A stretch of DNA of 64,000 nucleotides from contig NC_043000.1 in NCBI RefSeq assembly GCF_006345805.1, positions 98,208,001 to 98,272,000 of the forward strand, given 5' to 3'. A model generated the notes under the pieces. It was not told the origin of the DNA. It ran no database searches and worked only from the letters and a program-made list of their open reading frames with translations. Source of the stretch: Octopus sinensis (lineage: Eukaryota). Made by a program: the position numbers and the translations under genes. Of the stretch, positions 37,780 to 50,104 are shown one piece after another (within the stretch, counting starts at the first letter, position 1; each line of letters starts with the position of its first letter).

Positions 37780-39522
37780 GTGGTGGTGATGGTGGTGGAA
37801 CATTGGCAGAAATAGTTGATGCTAGACGTAGAGGGTATTGCAGTATTTATGGACAGAAAATGATGGGGTGATTGGAGAACAAATGTATAATTATTGCTTT
37901 AAAATAAGATTAAATTAGATTTCAAGAGAAGATGTAATGTTTCAGGTAGAACCCTTCTTCAAATATTATTTGCTATTTTTTCCCTTGTTTGCTATTGTAG
38001 ATGATTACTAGTTTAATTTTTTTCCTTGTTGCTTAAGGCAGTGAGAAGGCAAAATGATTAGCATGCTGGACAAAATATTTAGCAGCATTTTGTCAGTGTT
38101 TACATTCTGAGCTCAAATTCTTCCGCGGTTGACTTTACCTTCCGTCTTCACAGGGTTCATAAAATAAGAACCAGTCAAGTATGCGGTTGATGTAAGTGAC
38201 TTCCCCTCCACTCAAAAACTGTTGGGCCTGTGCCAAAATTAGTAACCATTATTGTTGTTGTTTAGCTTCAGGTTAGCTCTGATTGAATAGACCTTTGAAT
38301 AAATGTGTTCTAGCTGTGAGCATCCTCTTTATTTTTCTCTTTTTTTCTTCTTTGTGGGATATCATGATTATCATTGTCGTTTAATGTACACTTTCCATGC
38401 TGGCATGGGTTGGACAGTTTGACTGAGGACTAGCGAGCCAGAAGGCTGCACCAGGCTCCAGTCTGATCTGGCAAAGTTTCTACAGCTGGATGCCCTTCCT
38501 AACACCAACCACTCTGAGAGTGTAGTGGGTGCTTTTATGTGCCACTGGCACCGATTTGAGGGAGATTTGGCAGCTATTTTTTTTAGAAGTTAACATACCG
38601 TTCAGAGACTCCTTCATCAGCTTGTTTAGTGGAAAATAATTGTTGAGGATAGCAACATATATAACAAATAAATTAAATTTTATAATTTTTGCATCAGTGT
38701 TTAAAAACAAATTGTTCTATAGTGAAAAAACTTATGAAATAAATGAGTTTTAACATTTCTGGTAAAATACTGAAACTAATGCATTGCAAGAAAATTGTTT
38801 TGTATAATTTTATGAGCTACCTTTAGATACAAAAAGGTAACTCATATCCTTAGATACAAAACTGTATGAAAAGTTTAACAATAATCAAACAAAAGCATGA
38901 TTGTTTAGGTACAAAATGTATGAAAGAGTACCTATATTTAGATATAATATTTAAAATAACTTTCGGGAGAGGAACAATATAAAGTGCAGTTGGGTCATAT
39001 ACTCAAATAGTTGAACACAACTATTTGTCTCTTAGGTGCAAGCATTTGGACCTAATGTTTGTTCTAAGGATAATTTGTTTCTTTGGTGCGCTGCTGACAG
39101 TACTCCACAAGTCATGGCTTCTTTTGCGCCCCACCAGTCTTGGAGGCTCTGCAAAAAAAAAAAAAAAAAATTAAATCATGGCTGCTGCCCTTTCGCCTCT
39201 AAGTCTTATTAGAAAAAGTAACAGGTATTATTTCATATTGTAATAATGGTGGCGAGCTGGCAGAATCATTAGCTTACAGGGGGAAATGCTTAGTAGCATT
39301 TCATCAGTCCTTATGTTCTGAGTTCAAATTCTGTTGAGGTTGACTTTATCATTTATCCTTTTGGGGTTGATAAGTATCATTTGGGTACTAGGGTTGATGT
39401 AATCGACTTAACCAGCTTCCCTGGAATTGCTGGTCTTGTGCCAAAATTTGAAACTAATATTTAACTCTTGCCATTTGAAAAAAGACTATTTCTATGATTC
39501 TAATTTTCTTTTGTCTCTTCAG

Positions 39523-39619
39523 CATTCCTATGGTTTTATTCAGTGTAACGAAAGAGAGTCAAGAGTTTTCTTTCACTTCAGTGAATACAGTGGTAATGCG
39601 GAGAATGTCAAAGTTGGAG
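39523..39619 (+). CDS. CSDE1: CSDE1 coding exon 3: HSYGFIQCNERESRVFFHFSEYSGNAENVKVG (CSD1 RNP motifs)
   Basis: gtctcttcag| ... |gtaagg. YGFI and FFHF cold-shock motifs. Confidence 0.95.
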
Positions 39620-39708
39620 GTAAGGTGATGCTTTCTATTTTAGTGTTTTATTTAACAAACACTATGCCTTAACTCAACTACAATGCAGTGTACAGAACTA
39701 CATCAAAT

Positions 39709-39739
<31 letters not shown>

Positions 39740-40505
39740 CTATATATTATGAACTTTGAGAAGATGGATGGCTCTGTTTACCTCTGACAGTTCTCACTTT
39801 TAGCCTATCACCTGAAAGTTTCTACCATAGAATCAGCTGCCATCTCTAACCATGTTTTTGGTACATCATGATATATAAATAATTTTTTTTATAATGCCTT
39901 TTACCAGGTCATCCCATTAGTTCTGTCCGATTTTACCTTTTTTAAAATTGAATGAAATTTAATAGTATTTTAGAACATCTATATATATTTTTTTGATGAT
40001 TATCAAAACATGGAAAATGAAGTGGTTGGTTGTGTGACACTATGCCATGACTCTTTAACCCCAGAGAATATGGTCTATGTTTGGAGAAACTCATGATAAA
40101 TGATGTACAGAAAGTTTATGTAGATGGTAGCTGAGTAACACCACTTTATGAACAGGGAAGATGGTAGAAACTTGAGAATAGTTGTTGACTCGGTAAAGGT
40201 AAAGTGTGAGGGTTGTGTATCATGTTGTGTACTTACTGTCACTGTAGGTTGTGAGTGCTAATTCTTTGGGATCAAATCCAGTCTGGGATTATGTATGCAT
40301 CCAAAAATTATATCTTAACAATTTGAGATCAAATTTATCGGAATGTAATGTAGATAAATGTACACTTGAAAGATGAGGATAACTATATTCTAGGAATCTT
40401 ATTAACTCATTTTAATAATTTGGATTTAAAAATATCAAAACTGAAAAGCTTGTGGTTAATTTCTTTAATTTCTTAAAGCTATTCATTTTCCATTTCTTTA
40501 TGTAG

Positions 40506-40666
40506 ATCCTGTTGAGTTTCAGTTGTCGTATGATCGACGAACTGGGAAGCGGATTGCATGTTCTGTGATAAAAATTGACCCTGGCGTATCCTCTCAAGAA
40601 ATTTTAAGTGAGGAACGTTTTCAAGGCTCTATAGTTCAAGAAGCAAAACCAGTTAAAGCCAAAAAT
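40506..40666 (+). CDS. CSDE1: CSDE1 coding exon 4: (D)PVEFQLSYDRRTGKRIAC...KAKN
   Basis: tttatgtag| ... |gtaagt. Matches UNR VEFEVSSDRRTGKPIA. Phase 1 to 0. Confidence 0.95.
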
Positions 40667-41508
40667 GTAAGTTTATTCTTTTGAGTTTTTTTTTATAGTT
40701 TATTGCATGGAAATGGTACAAATAGTATGGTTATTTCTATAATAATTGAATGAAATTCGTTTTACAACCATGTGTTTTTGAGTTCAGTCCCACTGCATAG
40801 TACTGTTGGCAAGGGTCTTCTATTATATTCCTGTGTTGATCAGTGAATTTGGTAGATGGAAACTGAGAAGCCTGTCATATGTGATCGAAAATAGTCACTG
40901 TTCATAAGAGTTCTTTGTTTACAACTTTCCCTGTAAATATGTCCCGATCATTGATTCTTTGTTATTTGAAGGGTAAGAGAAAATATCTTGCTTGGAAACA
41001 GGTTAAGGGTTAATGACAGAAAGAGCATCTGGCTGTAGAAAACCTGCTTCAAAATGTTTTCTCTAACTTTCAGATGTGGAAAAGTGGATGTTATGATGAT
41101 GATAATTCAAACCTTTTAACAAGCAATAACAAACATTTTTGTATAATGCAACATGTCTTTGTAGATAATCATTTAATTGAACATATTTTATGTATGTGTT
41201 TGTTTTCTCTACCATTTCCACTTATTGCTTTACACTCAGAAGTGTAGTAAGGACAAACTTTTACCTGATAATGTTATAGACACAGGTAATGGCTGTATAG
41301 TTAAGAAATTTGCTTCCCAACCTTGTAGTTTTGGGTTTAATTTCACTGCATGACAGCTTTGGCAAGTGTTTTCAACTATATCCTTGAGCTGATAAAATTC
41401 TTGTGGGTAGATTTGGTAAATTAAAACTGAAAGAAAACCGTTTAGAACTATCACATGATGTCAAGTGAATCAAGGTAAGGAGGTACAAACACACACACAC
41501 ACACACAC

Positions 41509-41594
<86 letters not shown>

Positions 41595-41620
41595 TAAAGC
41601 AGCAGAAAATTCAACAAAAC

Positions 41621-41658
41621 CTGTTACTCTGAGTTTCCCGTTGCCGTTCATCGGACAG
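41621..41658 (-). ncRNA. Minimal type-I hammerhead ribozyme motif (Penelope-associated) with two non-canonical positions
   Basis: Minus strand reads CUGU-CCGAUGA-ACG-GCAA-CGG-GAAA-CUC-A-GAG-UA-ACAG: stem I 4 bp, core with U4C, stem II with GNRA loop and an A.G closing mismatch, stem III, GUA cleavage triplet. Confidence 0.65.
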
Positions 41659-41744
41659 CTGCTTTAAATAAAGCATATTACTCTACCACTGGTATTTGAG
41701 TACTCTTTTTTCCACCTTGTTTCACATTTATGTGTTTACTCCGG

Positions 41745-41782
<38 letters not shown>

Positions 41783-41789
41783 ACAAAAA

Positions 41790-43145
41790 ACAATGAAAAA
41801 TCTTGCATCCTTAATTCTTCTACATGGAAAAGGCCTGGCAGTCTTTTTTACGGCCTTCCTAAAATACACAAGAGCAAGATAATCAATGAAGCTTGCAAAT
41901 ATAAATATCCAAATGCCAGAAGACTTAACTTTAAGACCCATTGTAGCTGGGCCAGCCTGTGAAACCCACCGCCTAAGCAATTTTCTAGACATCCTACTGA
42001 AATCCTTGCTGAAATACATCAAAAGTTTCATTAGAGATGATTTAGACATGCTAGAACACCTACCAAAAACAATTAATGAAGAGGCAATATTGGTTACCCT
42101 CGATGTTATCAATCCTCACACCAACATCCCCCATGACTATGGAATAAAGCAATTAAATTCTGGTTGGAAAAGTACCCCGAAGTCCTCCCGGAATGCATAA
42201 GTCAGATCTTTATTATTGAATCTTTAAAATTTATACTTCAGAACAATTATTTCCTATTTGATGACACATACTATTGTCAGAAATGCTGAATTGTGATGGG
42301 AACGAAAGCAGCAAACCTAATAATGGGTTATTTTGAATTCACCTTATATGAAGTATCATTTCAGAAATATGGTTACCAATTTTACCTCTACATAAGAGAA
42401 AATTGGAAAAGATACCTGGATGACTGTTTTATCATTAGGAAGGAGAACATCAACAAACTTTTGGATTTCAAATCAACACTGAATGATATAAATAGTAACA
42501 TTTAATTCACAATGGAATATAACAAAGAACAACTCCCATTTTTAGACATCATGATAAAAAAAGTTAACAATCAAATCATAACTGATATCTATTATAAACC
42601 GATTCAAAACAATATCTTCTCTTTAACACATGCCACCCAAAACACATCAAAATAAATATCCCTTTCAATTTGGCAAAAAGGATTTGCACAATAGTGTCTG
42701 ATAGAACAACTCGAGACCTTCGTCTTCAATACCTCAAAACAACGCTTACTGAAAGACAATATCCACCCTCACTTGTCGACAAGGGAATTAAATGTACCAA
42801 ACAATTAGACATAAAAACACTAAGAACAATAGAATATAACACCACACCTCATCTCAAAACATTACTATTTATATCAACACCCAACCCCAGAAACAGTGAG
42901 GCTTTCAACACTGTTGTGCAAAATCTTCCTTTACTAACTAGAGATCCAAAAATGAATGACATCCTGAAAATACACAAACTCATCAAATGCAAAAAGCAAG
43001 ACAAATCGCTAAAGAGACTACTAACAAATGCGAAGCTTTACAAAACAACCATGAAACCAACGGTTGAAAAATGTGGACGCCCAAACTGTGGAACCTGCCC
43101 CAACCTACATGAAGGCTTGGATTTCCTTTTCAAACAAGGACAGAG
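41790..43145 (+). mobile_element. Penelope-like retroelement reverse transcriptase, frameshifted remnant
   Basis: FYGLPKIHK, LRPIVAG, LVTLDVINPHTNIPH, MGT..ANLIMGYFE, WKRYLDDCF, FTME..QLPFLDI and the C-terminal extension occur across ORFs 41696-43200. Confidence 0.9.
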
Positions 43146-43452
43146 GTCTTGTGTAGGAAACAAGCTCCTGTTGTACTCTTTGACAAATACCGAAAGGTAG
43201 TTTACTTATACAAGATCCCACTGATTTATTGTTTTATAATTAGGTACAGGATAGACCTTCAAAGACTGCTTTGAGAATCTGCTTGTGACATCTATACTTT
43301 TTGCAAAAATAGCCTGTAAAGTCTATAGTTTGAAGCATACATTGAAATCTATAATCTATACAGCAACCAAGCACCATATTGCATATTAAATTTAAATGTT
43401 TTTTATAGTTGTTTCTGGAAAGCCATATTTAAATGCTTCACTTTTGTTATAG

Positions 43453-43610
43453 GGCACAGTATCAGGAAATCAGGATGGGCTTGGTAGAGTCACGTATCTA
43501 CACAATGGAGAATGTTTTTTCCTTCCTTATGGCTTAGAAGATGTAATTGATGGTTCTTCGAAATTGAAAGCTGGAGATCAAGTCAGATTTTATATTGCTT
43601 CTGATAAAAG
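43453..43610 (+). CDS. CSDE1: CSDE1 coding exon 5: GTVSGNQDGLGRVTYLHNGECFFLPYG...RFYIASDK (non-canonical CSD2)
   Basis: ttttgttatag| ... |gtgagt. Aligns with UNR GSVCYERNGEVFYLTY..GDKINF. Phase 0 to 2. Confidence 0.92.
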
Positions 43611-44545
43611 GTGAGTTGAACATTGCCTATATTGAAGTTATGGAAAGTCTGCTACCTTTTTGATTTTAAGTCTTTTGAAATCATTGTCCATATAGCTGTT
43701 GTGTGGTTTAGCAAGACTATGGACTTTGATATGTTTCTTTGTTGGTTTTGGTGGAATATACTATTTACATTGTAATAAGTCCAGTAACCAATCTTTGCTA
43801 AGTGTGGGCTTCAGCTGCCTAAAAACCAATTTTCTATTTCGCCATGAAATACTGTATATGACCTTATACTTGAGATTGTCCTTTGGGAGATTTACAGATA
43901 TGTTGACAAGCTAGAAATAAATTCTTAAAATTAGGAAATGTTCTCTTGAAATTAGGTTGATGACCTGATGCACTAGTTTGCTCCCATCACAATTATGATG
44001 CATGTAATAAAGGCTTTTGCTCCCTTATCACTTGTGTCATACTATTTTCTGTTAAAATGATATTTCAGATGTCTTGCAAATTTATGACTGCTTTTGCCAT
44101 AATTTTACATAAATATGCAAAGTATGTTAAAAATCTACTTTTGCCTTATCGCTGCCTAGATTTTATGTAGGCCCTGGCACTGTGCCAAGGAATTGTAAAT
44201 GTTTATACAGCATGAAGTCATTTTTTAATATCTATAATTTTCTATGTCACTTTTTACTGCCACTGAGATCAGAAATAGTAATGTGTGTGTTATCTTAGGT
44301 AAAATCAAAATAGTATCCCTCTACTTTTCCACAATCTCTGTGTGTGTGAATGAGAGAGAGAGAGAGGCACTCAATCCTTTATGATAATTAGTGTCTGTCA
44401 ATTAAATAGCAGGTATCATTTTTAAAAATAGAAGTAAGAAACATAAAATATGATGTTAATAGACTTATCAGTCTTTACTATTCTTGTAATGGTTTATCTG
44501 AATGTTAATTATATTCTGCAAATTTTTCTATGAAAATCATTTCAG

Positions 44546-44759
44546 AAATGGTAACATTAGAGCTCGAAGACTTGAAAGTGTCATGGTGCAAAATCAAGAG
44601 AAATATCAAGGTGTCGTTTGTTCGATGAAAGAGAACTTTGGCTTCATAGAGCGTTCTGATGTTGTGAAAGAAATATTTTTCCACTACAGTGAATATAAAG
44701 GCGATATCAGTGAGCTGCTTCTTGGAGATGACGTAGAATTTCAAATTCAGTCAAGAAGT
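44546..44759 (+). CDS. CSDE1: CSDE1 coding exon 6: ...YQGVVCSMKENFGFIERSDVVKEIFFHYSEYKGD...VEFQIQSRS (CSD3)
   Basis: atcatttcag| ... |gtaagt. Very close to UNR QGVVCAMKEAFGFIERGDVVKEIFFHYSE. Confidence 0.97.
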
Positions 44760-45929
44760 GTAAGTTGGACTTTTTTTTTAAACCTTCAATAGCTAACTAA
44801 ACAAATTATAAGTTGTTTTTAATGAGTTAGTTGGATATTAAATATATGGTTTTAACTTCATTCAGAATGTTACCATAGATTGTTATATATTGTTATATTG
44901 TTTTAGAAGCAGAACTTTTGAGCTGGGAAGTTGGAAATTTGGGCAAAATAATAAATTCTATCTTTCCATTTACTCTCACACATCCTTATATAATGTGGGT
45001 AGCCATATACTTGTGCTTGTCCTTTTATAATACTTTAGCCTCTCAACATCTGGTATAAAAGCACCTCCCCTCCCCCAATTCATTTCAGGGGCTTTTTCCT
45101 TTTCTTTGTCATGCAAGTTATTTGGGAACCTCTGTATTGTTAATTGTATAAAAAGGTACCTGTAAAACAGTTGACATTAGGAAGGGCATTCAACTGTAGA
45201 AACTGTGCCAAAACTGACATTGGAGCTCAACACAAACCTCTGGCTTGTTGGATTCTTTCAAACTGTCTAGTCCATGCTAACATGGAAAATGGACATTAGT
45301 TGATGATGATACTGCCTGTAATTTCAGGTCAAGAGTTTGATAAGTAACCTTGTGTTTGATGTTGTTGTCTAACATTTTGATACCAGTTTCACATTAGTCA
45401 AATTTGACATTATTTTTTTATTAGTTTGCTGATAGTTGCTTATTATAAACACCTGCTCAGCCTTGACTGAGATGACCTATGATGAACAGTGGTCGTACCA
45501 TATTCATTATTTTTTTGTTATTGTGTACTATTCTGTTTTTTTTTCTCTCTCTAGAATGGTAGTCTGTGATTTACGAGGAATTTGATTGTTATTTCTAGTA
45601 GATTAAGTGATTGTAAAATCTCTCTTGTTGGCTAATGGGATTGTTTGGTTCCTAGGCTACCAAATGTGGGATTGATGGTTGATATTCTGTTACTGTAGCT
45701 ATGTCCCTGTCAAAAGTCTTTTAGATCTTATTATTTCTGTCAGTTCACTTAACTTTAAAGAGCATACTTCTTCACTTTGGATGGCAGCAACACTGTTGTG
45801 CTGAATAAGGATTAAGTGTTGCATGCATTCTAAAACCCTGCTGATGGTATATGTTTCTGAATGTGTGTTACATGTTGTCCTGATATAATAAATATGTCAC
45901 TTAATAATGTTAAAATTTTCCTTTTGTAG

Positions 45930-45986
45930 AGACAATGGGATTATTCATTAAATAGCCACAAAAACAGTAACCAACCAGAAAATGAT
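45930..45986 (+). CDS. CSDE1: Candidate 57-nt cassette exon: RQWDYSLNSHKNSNQPEND
   Basis: ttttccttttgtag| ... gat|gtaagt. 19 open codons, phase 0/0, inside a phase-0 intron. No recognisable homology. Confidence 0.5.
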
Positions 45987-46774
45987 GTAAGTGTATAAAT
46001 TTTATTTCAGTGATCTTTGTTTTTCAAATGAGTATGTTTCATTTTACTATAGTATTTGTCATTCAAACTAAGCAAGTTTTACATTGAAATGATACCATGC
46101 CACTAATGATTTCAGAATGAAACTATCACTTCAGCATGAGAATAATGATTTCAAAGTGTGATTATCTCATAAAGATTTATTTAATAGAAAATATAACATT
46201 AAAACAACATTAGTATTGTTAACGATGTGAACTCACTTAGTTAATTATAAGTTCATGTCAGTCAAGCAGCAAGACATAAACCTCATCTTATAGCTATAAT
46301 ACTTTCCAGTTTGTTTGATGAAAAGTACTGCATTAGCACTCAGTGCTAATTTTCTGAGAATATAACAGTTATGTATAGCTTGTATGGGAACTTCAGTTCC
46401 ACAGTGAGCAAGTACATTACTGAATATTTAAATATATTTGTGGCTTTAAAACTGTTCAGTAAAATGATGAAAATTTTTAGGCTGCACCTTTTGTTCGTAT
46501 GCTGTGAAATCTTCATTACTTTAAAAGGCCTCAACCTAGCAGAAACATTACCCCACTGATCAAAATACATAGGGGAAGAAATACCAGCTTTGTATTCTGA
46601 GTTCAAATTCAATCCTTTTGAACTCAATAAAAGAAGTACTAGTTGAGCTTGCTTGCTGAGTTTGTAAAGGGCAATAACTCATAGGTTTTAGGGATTAATT
46701 CTGTTATATGACTATAATATAAATATGACTAGGCTTGTGTTTGTATGTTTTGGTTATCTATATGTAAAACTTGT

Positions 46775-47025
46775 GGAGGCACGTGGCTTAGTGGTTAGGG
46801 TGTCAGCATCATGATTGCAAGATTGTGGTTTCGATTCCTGGACCAGGTGACGTGTTGTGTTCTTGAGCAAAACACTTCATTTCACATTGCTCCATTTCAC
46901 TCAGCTGGCAAAAATGAGTAATGCTGTGATGGACAGGTGTCCCGTCCAGCTAAGGAACACATACACCATTGAAACTGGGAAACTGGGCCCATGAGCCTGG
47001 CTAGGCTTTAAAAGGGTGCATTTAT
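46775..47025 (+). mobile_element. tRNA-derived SINE (third family)
   Basis: A box tggcttagtgg and B box ggtttcgattcc followed by a non-tRNA body. A related reversed copy lies near 29460-29660. Confidence 0.75.
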
Positions 47026-47717
47026 TTACTTTTTTATATGTAAAACTTATTTGTTTTGGGGATTGAAGTAATACTACTCTTTCATTATGATGAACTTCTA
47101 CCTGAACTTGATTAACATAGATCTGATTTTCAATAGATGGCATGGTTTTTCTGATAGCTGAACTTTATTTTCGGCTGCTATGAAATGGAATCTTATAAAA
47201 GGAGAGTTAATATACCTGGCATGCTGTCACTGATCTGATATAGCTAAGTAATTGAAAATATTGTGATTTGTACATGGTGCAGATTATTTTTGGGTGGAAT
47301 CTGTTTTATATTGTTAGTTAAACAGACATTGGGTAAAAAGCTTTGAGAAAATACAATAATCTTTGTTACAAGCAGTTAGCAGCGGAGAAAGTCCCTTAAG
47401 TGGCAAACTATGCCACTAAATCTTAATGAAGTAACATCTAGAATTTTGAGGCAAAAAAAGAAACTGCATTCCAGATCTTTGCTGGCTCAGACATGGCTGT
47501 ATTACTTAGAATTTTGTTTCACAATCATGGTCCTGGGTAATTGAGTTTCTTGTAACTGAATAGACACAAACTGCATAAGTCCTCAAATGAACTTGACCTG
47601 GGTTGGAGACCTTTTCTCCTCCGACCAAATTATAAAACCAGCCCAATAAAACAGATCTAAAATATACGAATCATGTTTTTTCTTACTACTACTTATGAAT
47701 GATCTTATCATTTCCAG

Positions 47718-47887
47718 GGTAGGGAAGTTGCTGTAAATATTTCACGATTACCTGAAGGAACTGTGATATTCGAAGATGTTGCTATTGAAAGCATAAACGG
47801 GAGAATTCTGAAAACCTTAAAAAATTCCAATAAAGGTCGTCAAGGAGATCCCCTTTGTGGAAGAATTGTTTATGAAGTAGATAACCG
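47718..47887 (+). CDS. CSDE1: CSDE1 coding exon 7: GREVAVNISRLPEGTVIFEDV...GDPLCGRIVYEVDN
   Basis: atttccag| ... |gtatgt. Matches UNR GKEVATDVRLLPQGTVIFED..NDPLPGRI. Confidence 0.95.
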
Positions 47888-48544
47888 GTATGTTTTTATG
47901 TATATATGTGTGTCTGTCTGTGTGTGTGTGTGTATGTATATACATATATATATATATATATATATGAATGATCATTATTGTTTTAACATGTATTTTTCTA
48001 TGCTTGCATGGACTTTCTACAGATTGATACCTTCCTATTGCTAACCCTCACTTGTTTCCAAGCAAAATAATATTTCCCCATGACCAGACATGTTTACAGG
48101 GAAGATTATGATAGTGATGCTTGTTTATAACAATCCTATGATATCAAGACATAAAGACACACATTTATCCCAAGTGTACATCAACCTGGGGATATCAGTA
48201 GGATTTGCACATAACCATCTGTCATTTCTCCTGTTGGACTTTTGATTTTGGTAAAAGTTTTTCTCATTAGAGAACTAAAGCATGCCATATTTGTGTGTGT
48301 ATATATATATATATATATAAAAATTGAAAAAATAGAGTCAACAGGAAGGAGTACGTTTAGACAGCTATTTGATAAACACTACACATGTTTTGATACTTCA
48401 TAGACCCATATATATACAGGATTTAAATTAAGCAATGGTTTTAATTCTAAGGGTGAGCGTACTTTATTTTGTACTCTAATATGGTTCTAACGGCATACTT
48501 TAAGTTTATATATATATATAGTGAGAGAGAGAGAAGTGTTGGCA

Positions 48545-48985
48545 GCAGGAAGAACATTTGACTATTTCTTCTTCTTAATCCTTTTTGCCCCTTGTGGAGA
48601 ATAGGGCCTCAACAGTTGTTTTCTGCTTTTTGCAGTCATTAGCGTGTTTCTTGGCTGCTTCCCATATCAGGCCGGTGGTCCTGATCTCATCCAAAATGCT
48701 CCACTTCCAAGTCTGCTTTGGGCATCCTCGCTTCCTTTTCCTCTCTGGGTTCCAGTCAAGTGCTTGTCGTGTGATATTTGAGGATTCTTTCTGCAGTGTG
48801 TCCGATCCATCTCCATTTCCATCATCTAATCTGAACATATAAGGGCTCCTCGTTGGCCCTTTCCCACAGGTCAGTGTTTGGCACTCTGTCGGACCACTTT
48901 AGATGGAGGATCTGCCAGAGACATTTGTTGATGAAGGTCTCGATCTTCTTGTAGTTGCTGCAGGTTACTCTCAATGTTTCAGAGC
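48545..48985 (-). mobile_element. RTE LINE 3' end
   Basis: Minus ORF reads NITRQALDWNPERKRKRGCPKQTW..EALFSTRGKKD, followed by a (GAA)n tail. Confidence 0.8.
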
Positions 48986-49363
48986 CATATATTTGACTAT
49001 AAACAGCTTGTTTCTAAACAGCTTTTATCTAACTCTTATGGCCCTCCAAAAACAGATGTGAAAATGCTGACAGTAATGTCTATATACAAGTGTATATATA
49101 TGTACATAATTGTATATTAGTATACACATTCTCTCTCTCTGTCTCACTATCTTCCTCTTTCTTGCTTCTCTCTTTCTCCCATTTTTTTTTAATAGATACA
49201 GTGACAAATAGTTATACTTTGTTATCAGTTTTGCAAGATATACTTTTTGATAAGTGGAGCTTTAATCTGTGTTGCTATTATTGGTTTGTTACATCTTGGC
49301 ATCAAATAATCAACCCAAAGAATTGTTTCAGCGTTTTCTTTTTATTTATTATTTTTAACATAG

Positions 49364-49535
49364 GCAAGTTGAAATTCCATTTGGAGACAAGGACCAAAAG
49401 GGAGACTTCACATTACAGGTTGACGATCTTGTTGCATTTAATATTGCTACAGACCGCAGAGATGGATTACAACGAGCTACACAAATTGAACTTCTTGACT
49501 GTACCTTTGAGAAAAGCAAAGAAACCAGAGAGGTG
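49364..49535 (+). CDS. CSDE1: CSDE1 coding exon 8: QVEIPFGDKDQKGDFTL...FNIATDRRDGLQRAT...ETREV
   Basis: tttttaacatag| ... gtg|gttagt. Matches UNR ELPFGDKD..FNISTDRRDKLERAT. Confidence 0.95.
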
Positions 49536-49844
49536 GTTAGTGTCATATCTTTACACTTCCCCATTTGTATTGTTGTACAATGAAGCATCCCATTCCCCAG
49601 TATCTCTCTTTCAGTCCTACCCTTATTTATTTACCACACCCACTGTCTCTTTCCTCTATCTCTGTCTCTCTCTATGACAAAAGGAATTCCTGAAGCATCT
49701 TTCTTTCTCCTCCTTTCTCTCCGATGAAGGGAATTCCTGAAACTCCTCACAGATAGTCCTGTTATCAAAAACAGTAAGAGTCTACAAGGTTTTTGATTTC
49801 AGGACTATCTTTTGTGTCTTTGAATTATAGTTTTCATTCTAGAG

Positions 49845-50104
49845 CAATGGCTCTCAATTGGGGTCCACATGATCCTTGGGAGTCCATGTGAGATTTTGTA
49901 GTTTCAATTTATGTGCAATAAATTGACTGTATTTCAATAATACACAAAATATTTTAGCAATTTTTTAAATACAATTCTTAATAATATTTAATTGAAAAAA
50001 TATAATTGGATTTTCTTTTTTAAACATTGAATGGGTATGAGGTCCCAGTAGAGTAAAATAAGAATCAAAAGGGTCTTTAAGCAAAAAATGGTTGTGAACC
50101 ACTG
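49845..50104. mobile_element. hAT (Charlie-like) MITE with intact TSD
   Basis: Perfect 8-bp duplication TTCTAGAG at 49837-49844 and 50105-50112. TIRs caatggctctcaa / ttgtgaaccactg. Confidence 0.85.

Noticed and set aside
46775-46850. tRNA gene
   Set aside because: A and B boxes are present, but the acceptor stem does not close and the sequence continues into a SINE body.
49090-49677. 195-aa ORF as a separate gene
   Set aside because: It is an alternative-frame read through CSDE1 exon 8 with low-complexity intronic flanks and a non-ATG start.
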